This document shows, piece by piece, positions 41,196 to 53,344 of a stretch of 64,000 bases of DNA. The DNA is from Eledone cirrhosa (taxonomy: Eukaryota). The stretch is from NCBI GenBank assembly GCA_964016885.1, contig OZ024743.1, positions 211,048,001 to 211,112,000 on the forward strand. The letters are read 5' to 3'. A program made the position numbers and the translations under genes. The notes under the pieces are model-generated. The model made no database searches and had not been told where the DNA came from. It saw only the letters and a list, made by a program, of their open reading frames with translations. Numbering within the stretch: the first letter of the stretch is position 1; every line of letters starts with the position of its first letter.

Positions 41196-42262
41196 CCCCC
41201 ACGCCGACGGCCTACGTGCCCTCAGGCACTACCTCAACCTTCGCCCCTCCCCCCACCCCAACCCTCCTTCGCCTCGCCGAGCTGGTCCTCACCCTCAACT
41301 GCTTCTCCTTCTCGGGTGAGTTTTACCAACAGGTCACGGAGGTAGCCATGGGTACAAGAATGGGCCCAAACTATGCCAACCTTTTCGTTGGCAATGTTGA
41401 GGCCCAAATCTTCGCCCAGTACACCGGCCCCACGCCCGAACTGTACGGTCATTACATTGACGACTGTATCGGAGCCACAACCCTCACCCGGGAACAGCTC
41501 GACTCCTTCCTCTCCTTCTTCTGCTCCTTCCACCCCTTCCTCCACTTCACCACCTCTATCTCCACCACCCACGTCCACTTTTTAGACATCTCCGTCGCCA
41601 TCGACCCCTCCCACCGCTCCCTCGTCACCTTCGCCTTCTTCAAACCCACCGACTCCCACTCCTACCTCGACTTCACCTCCTCCCACCCTACACATACTAA
41701 ATACTCTATTCCCTACTCCCAACTCCTCCGGATCCGCCGCCTCTGCAGCCGAGATGCTGACTTTGAGTCCCAAGCCCTTTCCCTAGTCAGCCATTTCATC
41801 CGGCGAGGTTACCCCCCCCGCACACACACACACCTCCTGAACATGGAACCTCGTTTTTCCCCCCAACTCTCACATTCACATACACACACACGTACACCTA
41901 CACACATACACAAACACCACCTTCAGCCCTCCCCGTTCGGACACCCCGCCTCCCTCTTCCTACTCCACCCGCCACCACCCCTACACGCCCCACACCCTTC
42001 CACCACTTGTTTATCTTTATGTTTATTTTTATTTTTATTTGTACACCTTCCACCGTTTTTCTTCCCTTTTCTCTCCCCCCCTTTTTTCTAAATGTCTCTA
42101 TCCCACTCCACCACACACCCTCGGAAATCATTCCCACCCACTTTTCTCCTGAGGAAGGGCTTATGTCCGAAACGTCGTTCCCCACCCCCCACCCTACTCT
42201 CAAGAGCGTGAAACTAATAAACCTTTGTTTGTACTGCCTCTCTGTTTTCGTTCCCGTTCCAA
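41196..42262 (+). mobile_element. Penelope-like element 1: RT fragment plus 3' pseudo-LTR (no endonuclease visible, probably internally deleted)
   Basis: ORF 41216-42091 has LVLTLNCFSF, AMGTRMGPNYANLFVG, YIDD, FLDI, KPTDSHSYL, SIPYSQLLRIRRLCS and RGYP, typical of PLE RT and thumb. HHR motif at about 42149; AATAAA at about 42216. Confidence 0.9.
42145..42180 (+). ncRNA. Minimal hammerhead-like motif of PLE 1
   Basis: CTGAGGA-A-GGGC(TTAT)GTCC-GAAAC-GTC. Core and helix II are present; helix I pairing is poor. Confidence 0.6.
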
Positions 42263-42824
42263 TATAACATACATATATATATATAACATAAATACATATA
42301 TATATATAACATATATATATAACATACATATATATATATAACATATATATATATAACATATATATATATATAACATATATATATATATAACATATTTATA
42401 TATATATGATGATGATATTTATATATATGATGATGATGATGATGATATAACATATATATATATAACATATATATATAACATATACATATATAACACATAT
42501 ATATATATAACATATATATATATAACAGAAATATATAACACATATATATATAACACATATATATAACACATATATATATAACATATATATGTATATAACA
42601 TATATATATATATAACATATATTTATAACATATATATAACATATTAAAAAATAATGAATAATGACACTACCGTAAACTTTTGGTAGATTTATCTACATAT
42701 ATATATAACATATATATATATAACATATATATATAACATATATATATATAACATATATATATATAACATATATATAACATATAACACATATATATATATT
42801 TATAACACATATATATATAATATA

Positions 42825-43808
42825 CTAGCAGTAAAGCCCGGCGTTGCTCGGGGTCGCTCAGTAGCTGTGTTAAAGTTACAATGTTAAGTTTCTTTCTTGG
42901 CTTAAAAACTGTAGTGTCTACTGTGCAGACTTGCATGTGGTGTTTTTGATTAATATTCCCTCAACCAACAATATGCCTTATGAAGTTAAGAAAACATAAC
43001 GATAACCCGAATGTTATAACAAAAGAGGATGCTGGGGATAGAAACTGCACTGGTTATTTATTAACAAAGATCGAAAATGTAAACACTGCAACGCAGAGAA
43101 AAACATTAGCGTAACCAAATTATCAGTTATGTCTGACTGCACGCCTATATCACCTCTCTGCATGACTGTCTGTCTGCACGCCTATATCACCTCTCTGCAC
43201 GACTGTCTGTCTGCACGCCTATATCACCTCTCTGCACGACTGTCTGTCTGCACGCCTATATCACCTCTCTGCACGACTGTCTGTCTGCACGCGTATATCA
43301 CCTTTCTGCACGACTGTCTGTCTGCACGACTGTCTGTCTGCACGCCTAACGACGAAATATTTGCTTGTTTTACGTAGTCTTTAAATAGACTTGTTTTCAA
43401 GTAAAAATATTGTTTTGAAATGCTTTTAAATGGAAATGAAGCAAAACGGAAGCTTAGTGTTCGAACTGATGAATTTTGCAGGTCAATATTTTGCTGGCTC
43501 GACAACTGTTCGTGTATTGTGTTAATGTCATTTTAAACGCTGAGAAAGCCAGCGTAATTTTTTACGTAAGACGCTCAATGTAAACAGAACAAAAGGAAAT
43601 AACTGATAACTTACGCTCAAAAATCGATACATTATATTCGATTTCGTCACATAGGGTGGGTCAATTTGAAATATTTTTTTCCGATGTCTTCGCTAGGGCT
43701 CAATGTACAAGTATAGCAATTTCTGTGCAATTCCGTGAGAGATTCTAAGAGGAGATGTGTGCCAAAAATCGATAGACAGACAGACAACCACAGTTTTATA
43801 TATATAGA
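42825..43808 (-). mobile_element. Non-autonomous Helitron
   Basis: Minus strand begins A|TCTATATATATAAAA and ends with the hairpin CCCGAGCAACGCCGGG, 8 nt, then CTAG|T. Inserted between A and T with no TSD. Confidence 0.85.
43130..43348. repeat. 37-bp minisatellite inside the Helitron
   Basis: About 5-6 copies of CTGCACGCCTATATCACCTCTCTGCACGACTGTCTGT, itself built from two CTGCACG subunits. Confidence 0.9.
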
Positions 43809-43991
43809 TATATATATAACACATATATATATAACATATATATAACATATATATATATATATATAACATATATATATATATAACACATATATATATATAA
43901 CACATATATATATATGTATATATATATAACATATAGATATATAACACACATATATATATATATATAACATATATATATATATATAACATAT

Positions 43992-44487
43992 CATCATCAT
44001 TTCATTTTACATCCGCTTTTTCCTTGCTCGCAACGGTGAGACGGGTCTTATTCAGCACAGCATCTCTCCACTCGTCATGGTCCTTCATTATCTCCACCGT
44101 GAGCTTCAACGATCCAAGTTCTGTTCTCACCACCTCCGCCCATGTTTTTTGTGGTCTACCTCTACCACGTCTTCCTTCAACTGGCATTTCCTGGCACTTC
44201 TTCACCCATCGGTCATCCTCCACGCGCATCACATGTCCATACCACCTCAGTCTCCTCTCCCGTACACTACATTCTATCCTTCTCAGACACAGTTTCTCTC
44301 TCAACACATCCATACTAGGTCGTTCACGCACATTTACATTCCACATCCAATGGAGCATGCTTGCCTCATTTCTCTCCAGCCGTCGCATATCCTCTGCAGT
44401 TGCTGCCCATGTCTCACTACCATGCAGCATCGCGCTCCTCACACAGGCATCATACAACCGGCCTTTCATACGCAGGGAGAAACCCTT
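43992..44487 (-). mobile_element. Short 3' fragment of RTE LINE family A
   Basis: ORF 44002-44469 (LYDACVRSAMLHGSETW...GRGRPQKTW) and (CAT)n tail. Confidence 0.95.
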
Positions 44488-44501
44488 ATATATATATATA
44501 T

Positions 44502-46800
44502 ATCATCATCATCACCGTTTTACGTCCTTTCTTCCACGCTAGCATGGGTTAGACGGGTTGTCCTGTTGTGGGCAGTGTCTGGTCGGCTGACCGTGCCTTG
44601 CTCATACAGGAACTGATTTGGCTTGATTTCTACAGCTGGATGCCCTTCCTAACACCAACCTCATTTACAGTGAGTGCTGGATGCTTTTTCGTGGTGCCTA
44701 CACGTCCACTTTACAGTGTGGGCTGGGTGCTTTTTTGCCGTGGCACCTCCACGACCACCTTGCAGTGGGAGGGTGTGGGGGCATATTGTCTATATGCTTC
44801 AGCTTGTACCCATGGGAGGTTGGGTACTCAGTATTACTGTGTGACGCCAGAGATCACGGTCATGTGTCATCGCCTTTGAGAGGTGTAATTGGGTAAGGTC
44901 GGCTTTTATCACCTCATCCCAGGTCATCTTGGGTCTCCCCACTCCGCGGTTTCCATCAACTTTTAGTGCTCTGCACCTTTTTATGCAGCTGTCATCCTTC
45001 ATACGCATCACATGTCCATACCAACGCAACCGCCTCTCCTGCACACAGCATTTGATTCCTCTTATGCTCAGTCTCTCAATTTGTTTATGCTTTGTCGTTC
45101 GCGTATATTACTATTACACATCCATCGGAGCATGCAGGCTTCGTTTCTCTCTAATCTACGTAAGTCTTCCACCTTCAGCACCCAGGTCTCACTACCATGT
45201 AACATTACTGTTCGGATACACGCATCATACAGTCTGCCTTTCATCCTGAGGGAGAAGCCTTTTGCAGCTAGCAATGGTAGTAGTTCCCTGAACTTCTTCC
45301 ATCCCGTTCTTACCCTAGTTATTGTACTTTCTGAACACCCACCTCCGCTGCTAATTCGGTCACCTAGGTAGCAGAAGCTGTCTACTGTCTCTACAGAGCC
45401 CTCCCAGAGATTGGTGGTACTTGTTTCCTGTGGCTGTTTGCTGCTTGCTGTCCCAGTACAGCTGCTGCATGTGAAGCCTACATTCTTAATTAAGCTTTCT
45501 GAGATCCCGCTACATCTCTTGTGTACCCATTGTTTGCATTTGGGGCAGAGAATGGAGTTCCTACCTACACCTTTCCTACATACTGAGCAAGGCCATTTCC
45601 CTGAGGGGATCTGGGTTCTGTTTTCTCGTCTACTTACAAGGACCTTAGTCTTTGTCATGCTGACTTTGAGACCCTTTCTTTCTAGTCCCTGCTTCCAAGT
45701 TTGAAATTTCTTCTCTAGTTCTACCATAGATTCAGCTATAAGTGCGAGGTCATCAGCATACAGGAGTTCCCATGGGCATCCGGTCTTAAACTCCTCCGTT
45801 ATTGCCTGCAGGACTATGATGAACAGGAGAGGGCTAAGAACAGAGCCCTGGTGGACCCCAACCTGTACGCTAAATTCCTCGCTATACTCATTGCTAATCT
45901 TAACTTTGCTGACTGCTCCCCGATACATGGTTTGTACAGTTTTCACAAGCCATTCATCTACTCCTAGTTTTCTAAGAGCCCACCAGATTACAGCACATGG
46001 AACTCTGTCAAAGGCTTTCTCGAGATCGACGAATGCCAGGTAGAGTGGCTTACTTTTAGCTAGGTACTTTTCCTGTAACTGCCTCACAAGGAAGAGGGCA
46101 GCAGTGGTGCCTCTTCCTGGTACAAACCCAAATTGCATCTCATCTAGTTTCACCCGGTCCCTAATCAACTGTGCTATAACTCTTTCAGTTACTTTCATGA
46201 CCTGGTCCATCAGCTTTATACCTCTATAGTTTCCTCTATCGAGTGCATCACCTTTACCTTTGTAGCAGTTGACAATGATGCTACTGCACCAATCTTTTGG
46301 TATGACACCTTCTAGTATTACCTGGTTAACAATACGTGTGGTTATAGTGTGACCTACAGACCCATATGCCTTCAGCATCTCAGCAGCTATACCCGATGGA
46401 CCGGTTGCCTTCCCCATCTTCATATCTTTGATTGCCTTACTTACTACGCTGCTGCTGACTTGTAATGCTGGCCCCTCTATAGGGTCTACTTGGGGTAGGG
46501 TCTCTTCTTCCCATGTATTCTCCTCATTTAGTAATCTATCATAATGACTCTTCCATGCATCTTTCTTCTCAGCACTTGTGAGGGCAAGCTCACCTTTATC
46601 ATTCCGGATACACTTCTCTCCAATGACATCACAACTATGTCTGACACACTGCCTCGCAATCTTGAACACCTCCTGTTTCTGGTCCTCACGTTGCAGAACA
46701 TGCTTGAATTTTCTATCCTCTGCTTCCCTCCTAGCTAAGTATACTTGTCGCCTAGCTTCCCTATTGGTCTCTATGTAATGTACCCTGCTCCCCCCGTTCA
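44502..46800 (-). mobile_element. 5'-truncated RTE LINE family C with complete RT domain
   Basis: (CAT)n tail, long 3' UTR, RT ORF; bounded by (TA)n at both ends. Confidence 0.95.
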
Positions 46801-46801
46801 T
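45068..46801 (-). CDS. RTE non-LTR reverse transcriptase (577-aa open segment; endonuclease lost, C-terminus frameshifted)
   Basis: KATGPSG, NYRGIKL, QFGFVPGRGT, AFVDLEKAFDRV, GVHQGSVLSPLLF, YADDL, Cys/His finger-like insert, FCYLG. The initial Met comes from the flanking microsatellite junction. Confidence 0.85.
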   Translation of the reverse strand: MNGGSRVHYIETNREARRQVYLARREAEDRKFKHVLQREDQKQEVFKIARQCVRHSCDVIGEKCIRNDKGELALTSAEKKDAWKSHYDRLLNEENTWEEETLPQVDPIEGPALQVSSSVVSKAIKDMKMGKATGPSGIAAEMLKAYGSVGHTITTRIVNQVILEGVIPKDWCSSIIVNCYKGKGDALDRGNYRGIKLMDQVMKVTERVIAQLIRDRVKLDEMQFGFVPGRGTTAALFLVRQLQEKYLAKSKPLYLAFVDLEKAFDRVPCAVIWWALRKLGVDEWLVKTVQTMYRGAVSKVKISNEYSEEFSVQVGVHQGSVLSPLLFIIVLQAITEEFKTGCPWELLYADDLALIAESMVELEKKFQTWKQGLERKGLKVSMTKTKVLVSRRENRTQIPSGKWPCSVCRKGVGRNSILCPKCKQWVHKRCSGISESLIKNVGFTCSSCTGTASSKQPQETSTTNLWEGSVETVDSFCYLGDRISSGGGCSESTITRVRTGWKKFRELLPLLAAKGFSLRMKGRLYDACIRTVMLHGSETWVLKVEDLRRLERNEACMLRWMCNSNIRERQSINKLRD

Positions 46802-46996
46802 ATATATGTATATATATTCCTCACTTTTCGTTGCATTACCATCTTTGATTGTTTACTGTCTCGCTCGTTTCCCTTATTTACGTGTCCCAACGACCTTCTT
46901 TAACCGTTGCTCGCACCAACCAGAGGTATATGGTCTTTAAAGCGATGAAATACCAATGAAGGTTGGAAGATCACTGGTGAAGGACTAATTTTATTC

Positions 46997-47052
<56 letters not shown>

Positions 47053-47558
47053 GTATATATATGTATATATATGTATATATATATATGTATATATATGTAT
47101 ATATGTGTGTATATATATGTATATATATGTGTATATATATGTATATATATGTGTATATATATGTATATATATGTGTATATATATGTATATATAGATATTC
47201 AAAACAACAAACAGCGGAGGACGCGTTTCGCACCTGTCCGACAGACAACCTTTCCCCCACCCCGGAAAAAACCCCAGTTGATGGATGTGAATCCGAAATA
47301 TATAGGGACAATTAAATCTCTCGTGTTGTTATTTTAATTTTATCCTTTATACTCTTTCCTTCATTCCTCTACACGTCTTATACACGCCACGCATCTCAAC
47401 GTACACCCACTTACATCTCTCTCTCCACCACCGGATCATGTTACCCGGAGATTTACCCATTTGCATTGTCGAGGCTTCCAAACGACTTAAAGATATTTAC
47501 ATATATATGTATATATATATATGTATATATATAACATATAAATATAACATATATATAT

Positions 47559-47593
<35 letters not shown>

Positions 47594-47724
47594 CATATAT
47601 ATATAACATATATATAACATATATATATATATATATATATATAACATATATATAACATATATATATATATATATAAAACATATATATAACATATATATAT
47701 AACATATATATATATATATAACAT

Positions 47725-47900
47725 ATCATCATCATCATCATCATTTCATTTTACGTCCGCTTTTTCCCTGCTTGCAAGGGTGGGACGGGAACTGATGCTG
47801 GCTTGATTTCTACAGCTGGATGCCCTTCCTAACACCAACCTCATTTACAGTGAGTGCTGGGTGCTTTTTTGCCGTGGCACCTCCACGACCACTTTGCAGT
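47725..47900 (-). mobile_element. RTE 3'-tail fragment adjoining a SINE
   Basis: (CAT)n plus family A terminus (TTTACGTCCGCTTTTTCCCTGCTTGCAAGGGTGGGACGGG) joined to family C-type UTR sequence (ACTGAT...GGATGCCCTTCCTAACACCAACC). Confidence 0.75.
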
Positions 47901-47904
47901 GGAA

Positions 47905-48072
47905 TGATATGGATCCCAGTCCCTATCATCTCATTTCTACAGCTGAGTAAACTGGAGCAATGTGAAATAAAGTGTCTTGCTCAAGAAAACAACACATTAC
48001 CCAGTCTGAGAATTGAACTCACAACCTTTCGATTGCAAGGCCAATGCTCTAACCACTAAGCCATGTGCCTCC
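47905..48072 (-). mobile_element. tRNA-derived SINE head and central domain
   Basis: Minus strand GGAGGCACATGGCTTAGTGGTTAGAGC (box A) ... GAGTTCAATTC (box B), then CTTGAGCAAGACACTTTATTTCACATTGCTCCAG. Confidence 0.85.
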
Positions 48073-48158
48073 ATATATATATAACACATATATATATAAC
48101 ACATATATATATATATAACATATATATATATATAACATATATATAACACATATATATA

Positions 48159-48200
<42 letters not shown>

Positions 48201-48221
48201 CACATATATATATATATATAT

Positions 48222-48380
48222 GGGTGTTCCGAGGCCAAAGTATCTAGAATAAGGACGGGTTGGAAGAAGTTTAGGGAGCTGCTTCCTCTGCTGACGAAGA
48301 AGGGTTTCTCCCTGCGTACGAAAGGCTGGTTATATGATGCCTGTGTGAGGAGCACAATGCTGCATGGTAGTGAGACTTGA
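48222..48380 (+). mobile_element. Plus-strand RTE family A internal fragment
   Basis: GCSEAKVSRIRTGWKKFRELLPLLTKKGFSLRTKGWLYDACVRSTMLHGSET. Confidence 0.9.
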
Positions 48381-48384
48381 TATG

Positions 48385-48420
<36 letters not shown>

Positions 48421-48466
48421 CACATATCTATATATATATAACACATATATATATATATAACATATA

Positions 48467-49050
48467 AAGACGACAGCTGTATAAAAAAGTGCAGGGCGAT
48501 AAAAATAAACGGTAGCCACGGAGTAGGCAGACTCAGTAAAACTTGGGACGACTTGATAAATTCCGACCTCACACACTTACACCTCTCCAAGACAATGTCA
48601 CTGGACCGAGATCTTTGGCGCTACACAGTCATACAGAAGACCCGCCTTGCCTAAGTACAAAGCAAAACCTACAGTCAGTAGGTACCTCTAACAAAATACC
48701 CACCCACTTACCCCCCGTCTTACTACCCCCACCCCATCCACACTACTCCTTTCAATGTAAAGTTATGTTGGTACCACAACATCCAGTCCGAAATAAATGA
48801 GGTCGTGTAGGTGTCACGACAAAAAAACACACAGTCCATGCTGCAATGTGGCCGTGTAGGTAACACGGTAAAAACCTCCCAGTCCCACACTGTAAATGTG
48901 GTTGGTGTTAGGAAGGGCATCCAGCCATAGAAAACCCGCCAGACAGTCCTATGCGAGCAAGACAACCACTCTTGCCTCAAGTGGGAAAACTCCCGTCCAA
49001 ACCCATGAAAGCGTGGAAGATGGACGTGAAACGATGATGATGATGATGAT
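48467..49050 (+). mobile_element. Plus-strand RTE family B 3' end with (GAT)n tail
   Basis: Reverse-complement similarity to 38024-38590; tail at 49033-49050. Confidence 0.9.
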
Positions 49051-49115
49051 AACATATATATATAACATATATATATATATAACATATATATATAACATAT
49101 ATATACATATATATA

Positions 49116-49150
<35 letters not shown>

Positions 49151-49287
49151 ATATATATATAACATATATATATATATATATAACATATGTATATAACATA
49201 TATATATATATATATATATAACATATGTATATAACATATATATATATATAACATATATATATATTTATATAACATATATATATATAT

Positions 49288-49322
<35 letters not shown>

Positions 49323-49427
49323 CATATATATATATAACATATATATATATAACATATATATATATATAACATATATATATATATAACATATATATATATA
49401 TAACATATATATATATATATAAAACAT

Positions 49428-51669
49428 ATGTCTCACTACCATGCAGCATCGCGCTTCTCACACAGGCATCATATAACCGGCCTTTCGTATGCAGGGAGAA
49501 ACCCTTCTTCGTCAGCAGACGAAGCAGATCCCTAAACTTCTTCCAACCCATCCTTATTCTAGATACTATGGCCTCGGAACACCCCCCCCCCCCCTCTGAT
49601 GCTAATCTGATCTCCTAGGTACCGGAAGCTATCCACCACTTCTATAGCACACTCCTGAATTTGAAAAATGTGTATCAATGCGACTACTACTGTCTAATTT
49701 CTCTGTAGATCTACTGCATACATATTTCTCCCTACCTGTTAGTTTGCCTGCTATCCCGCTACATCTCTTGTGTACCCAGGACCTGCATTGTGTGCATTTT
49801 ATAGAATTTATGCCAGTTCCTTTTCTGCATATCGAACATGGCCATTTCCCTGACGGAATCAGAGTTTTGTCTTTTCTACTCATAAACACTTTTGTCTTAG
49901 CTAAGTTCACTCTCAGTCCTCTTGCTTCCAACTACTGTTTCCATAGCCAGAATTTATTCTCTAACTCCTCTACTGATTCTGCTATAAGAACCAGATCGTC
50001 AGTTGTGCTAATATCCTTTCTGCCACTTTCATAACGCGATCCATCAGTTTCATACCCCTATAATTGTTCCTCTCCAGAGCATCCCCTTTACCTTTGTAGC
50101 AATTTATGAGAATACTGCTGCACCAGTCTTTGGGTATGACACCACCATATATAGCCTGATTGATGATGCGTGCAACCAGTTTAGTGCCTACGTCCCCTGA
50201 TGCCTTCAGCATCTCAGCAACTATTCCCAATGGTCCAGCAGCCTTACCATTTTTCATTTCCTTAATCGCCTCTTGGACCCCATATTCGTCAATCTCAATA
50301 GCTGGTCCCTCTATCGAATCTACTACGGGTAATTTCTCTCTCTCCCATTCGTTCTCCACATTCATCAGTCTCTCATAATGACATTTCCAGGCCTCCTTTT
50401 TCTGATCATTCGTGACACTAAGTACACCGGCATCATTCCGGACAGATTTATCTCCAACAACATCCTGATTTGCATTGACACACTGCTTTGCAATGTGGAA
50501 CACCGCACACCTCTGATCTTCCCGTCGCAGAATATTGGCAAACCTCCCACTCTCAGCCTCCCTGCGTGCTAAGTACACCTGACGTCTAGCTTCTCTCTTA
50601 GCAGCTGTATATTCTTCCCTACTCCCACCCTTTTTCCAAGCCTTCCATGCTAGTCTTTTGTCTCTAATGGCCTTATCTACTGTGCTGTTCCACCACCAGG
50701 TCACTCTCTGTCTGGTTGGAGCTCTGCTCCAGCCACAAGTTTCATCAGTAGCCTGCAGTAAGTTGTCACGTAAGAAATTCCAGTTATTATCTATGTCATA
50801 CGTCTCTATATCGTCTTCTTTTTCGTCATATACATCTTGAAGGGCTTTCCTAAATTTGTATTTTAGTGAAAGGTCTTTTAGCTTCCAGACCTTTCTTCTC
50901 CACACCTTCCTGTATGTCTCATTCCATCTCTTGCTTACTGAGATATCACTAACGACTAACCTATGCTGTGGGGTACATTCTTCCCCAGGGTATGCCTTGG
51001 TATTAGACACTATCTGCCTGTCCTGCTGCCTAACTAGTAAGAAGTTAATCTGGCTTATGTGCTCGCCAGATTTGTAGGTTATTAGGTGATTGGCAGGTTT
51101 CTGGAAGTTTGTGTTGCAAATAGTCAGTGTACTTGCATCACAAAATTCAAGAAGTCTCACTCCTTCTTCATTTCTTGAGCCGTAACCGTGCCCACCATGT
51201 ACCCCAGTGTAACCATCCTGGAGCTGTCCAACATGTCCATTGAAGTCCCCTGCTAGCATAACGATGTCTCCGTCCTCTATCATTGCGGTTGTTTGTAAAA
51301 GCAGTCTTTCTCATCTTTGCCTAGGCCTGCTTGGGGAGCATAGGCAGAGATGATTGTCAGTAGTCTCCTGCCTACAACTAATCTAAGCTTAATTATTCGA
51401 TTACTAACTCGAACTACCTCTGTCTTATTGATCCATCTCTCAGCCAGGAAAATGCCTTCTCCCCCTAACCTATCATCCTTACCTACTCAGAAAAGCTTAT
51501 AGCTAAGATGTTTGCCTACGACTAGTCTCGCAGAGGCACCTCTCCATCTCACCTCTTGCACGCAGCACACATCCACATGCCTTCTCTCCAACATCTCCGC
51601 TATTTCAGCAGATCTACCTCTGCGAGTGCCATCATTAAGTGTTGCAACTCTGAGATGCAACGTCTTCAT
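49428..51669 (-). mobile_element. RTE LINE family A 5' part: AP-endonuclease plus internally deleted RT, 3' end missing
   Basis: VATLN, VCCVQEVRWRG, AGDFNGHVG, PQHRLVV, TWWWN, KAAGP, NYRGMKL (ORFs 51487-51669 and 49982-51283). The RT core is deleted at about 50001. Confidence 0.93.
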
Positions 51670-52117
51670 ATTTTGTTGTTGTTCCTATCTATTTGTTGCT
51701 GTGCTGATATGCGTTTTGGCATTGATACACTGGTTGGATGCCCTTCCTAACACCAGCGCCACTTTACAGCATGGACTGGGTGCTTTTATTTGTGCCACCA
51801 GCACTAGCGAGGATGTCTTACTACACTCAAGGGCCCTCTCTACCACTCCATTTTACAGCATGGTCATAAAAAAAAACACTTATTGACACGACACGCACAC
51901 ACCAACACTCATGCATACAAACTACAAAGACACACGCCACTCACATACCAACACTCATTCATGCATACAAACACACACACCACTCACATTCACATATATA
52001 TATATATATATTACCGGCAGTACTGATACAAAATCAAAATCATCTCAACTGTTGACTTTTCCCAGTCCAGTTCAGTTTTTATATAATAATAATAATAATA
52101 ATTGTTTGCTTTAAACT

Positions 52118-52935
52118 GGTAATGCTGGTGGTGGTGGTGGTGATGGTGGTGGATGGTGCCAGTGATGGTGGTGGTTGTGGATGGTGTCAGTCATGGTGAT
52201 GGTGGTGGTGGATGGTGTCAGTCATGCTGATGGTGGTGGATGGTGTCAGTGATGGTGGTAGTGGTGGAGGTGGAGGATGGTGTCAGTGATGGTGGTGGTG
52301 GTGGATGGTGACTGATGGTGGCGATGGATGGTGCTAGTGATGGTGGTGGTGAAGGTGGTGGATGGTCTCAGTGATGGTGGTGATGGCGGTGGTGGTGGAT
52401 GGTGCCAGTGATGGTGGTGGATGGCGGTGATGGTGGTGGATAGTGCCAGTGATGGTGGTTGTGGTGAAGGTGGTGGATGGTGTCAGTATGGTGATGGTGG
52501 TGGATGGTCAGTGATGGTGATGGTGGTGGATGGTCAGTGATGGTGGTGGCAGTTGTTGTTGCTGTCGTTGTTATTGTAGTTGCTGTTGTTGTTGCTGCTG
52601 CTGCTGCCATTGTTGTTGTTCTTCATTTCACTGATGCTGCTGCTGCAGACAATGGTGCTGTTGCTGTTATTGTAATTGCATATATATAAATACATACATA
52701 CACACACATTCAACACAGACAATGGTGTTGTTGCTGTTGTTGTTGTTGTTGTTGCTGCTGCCGTTGTTGCTGTTCTTCATTTCACCGCCGCTGCTGCTGC
52801 TGCTGCTGCAGACAATGGTGCTGTTGTTGTTATTGTAGTCGCATATATATAAATACATACATACACACACATTCAACACAGAGAGTGGTGTTGTTGCTGT
52901 TGCAGTTGTTGTTCTTGTAGTTGTTGCTGTGTTGA
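52118..52935. repeat. GGT/GAT-rich degenerate minisatellite followed by a duplicated (GTT/GCT)n-containing unit
   Basis: Recurrent GGTGGTGGATGGTGTCAGTGAT. GCTGCAGACAATGGTGCTGTTG...CACATTCAACACAGA occurs twice (about 52640 and 52805). Confidence 0.85.
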
Positions 52936-53248
52936 AATCTGGTCGCATCCACTGAGATATACATATACATACATATATACACACTCATACATATATATAT
53001 ATACACATACATACATCAAAGGAGTTAGCAGTATGTCAACAGTCAACAGGTCAGCCACCTTAGATAGAGTAATGAGTTATGTAGTGATGGTGGGGAGCGA
53101 GTGTAGACGCTATTGTTATTGTGGTGGCGGGGGGGGGGGGCATTGAGATGTACAACTTAATAGGTCACTTGTCTCTTTTCCTCTCTTTTCAAAATTTGAA
53201 TTTATGGCCTTTTGCAATGGCAAAATATATATATGTTATATATATATG

Positions 53249-53294
<46 letters not shown>

Positions 53295-53344
53295 CATATA
53301 TATATAACATATATATATAACATATATATATAACATATATATAT

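Noticed and set aside
36580-48072. tRNA genes at about 36580-36673 and 48000-48072
   Set aside because: A and B boxes are present but there is no complete cloverleaf, and both continue into SINE bodies (one with a TSD).
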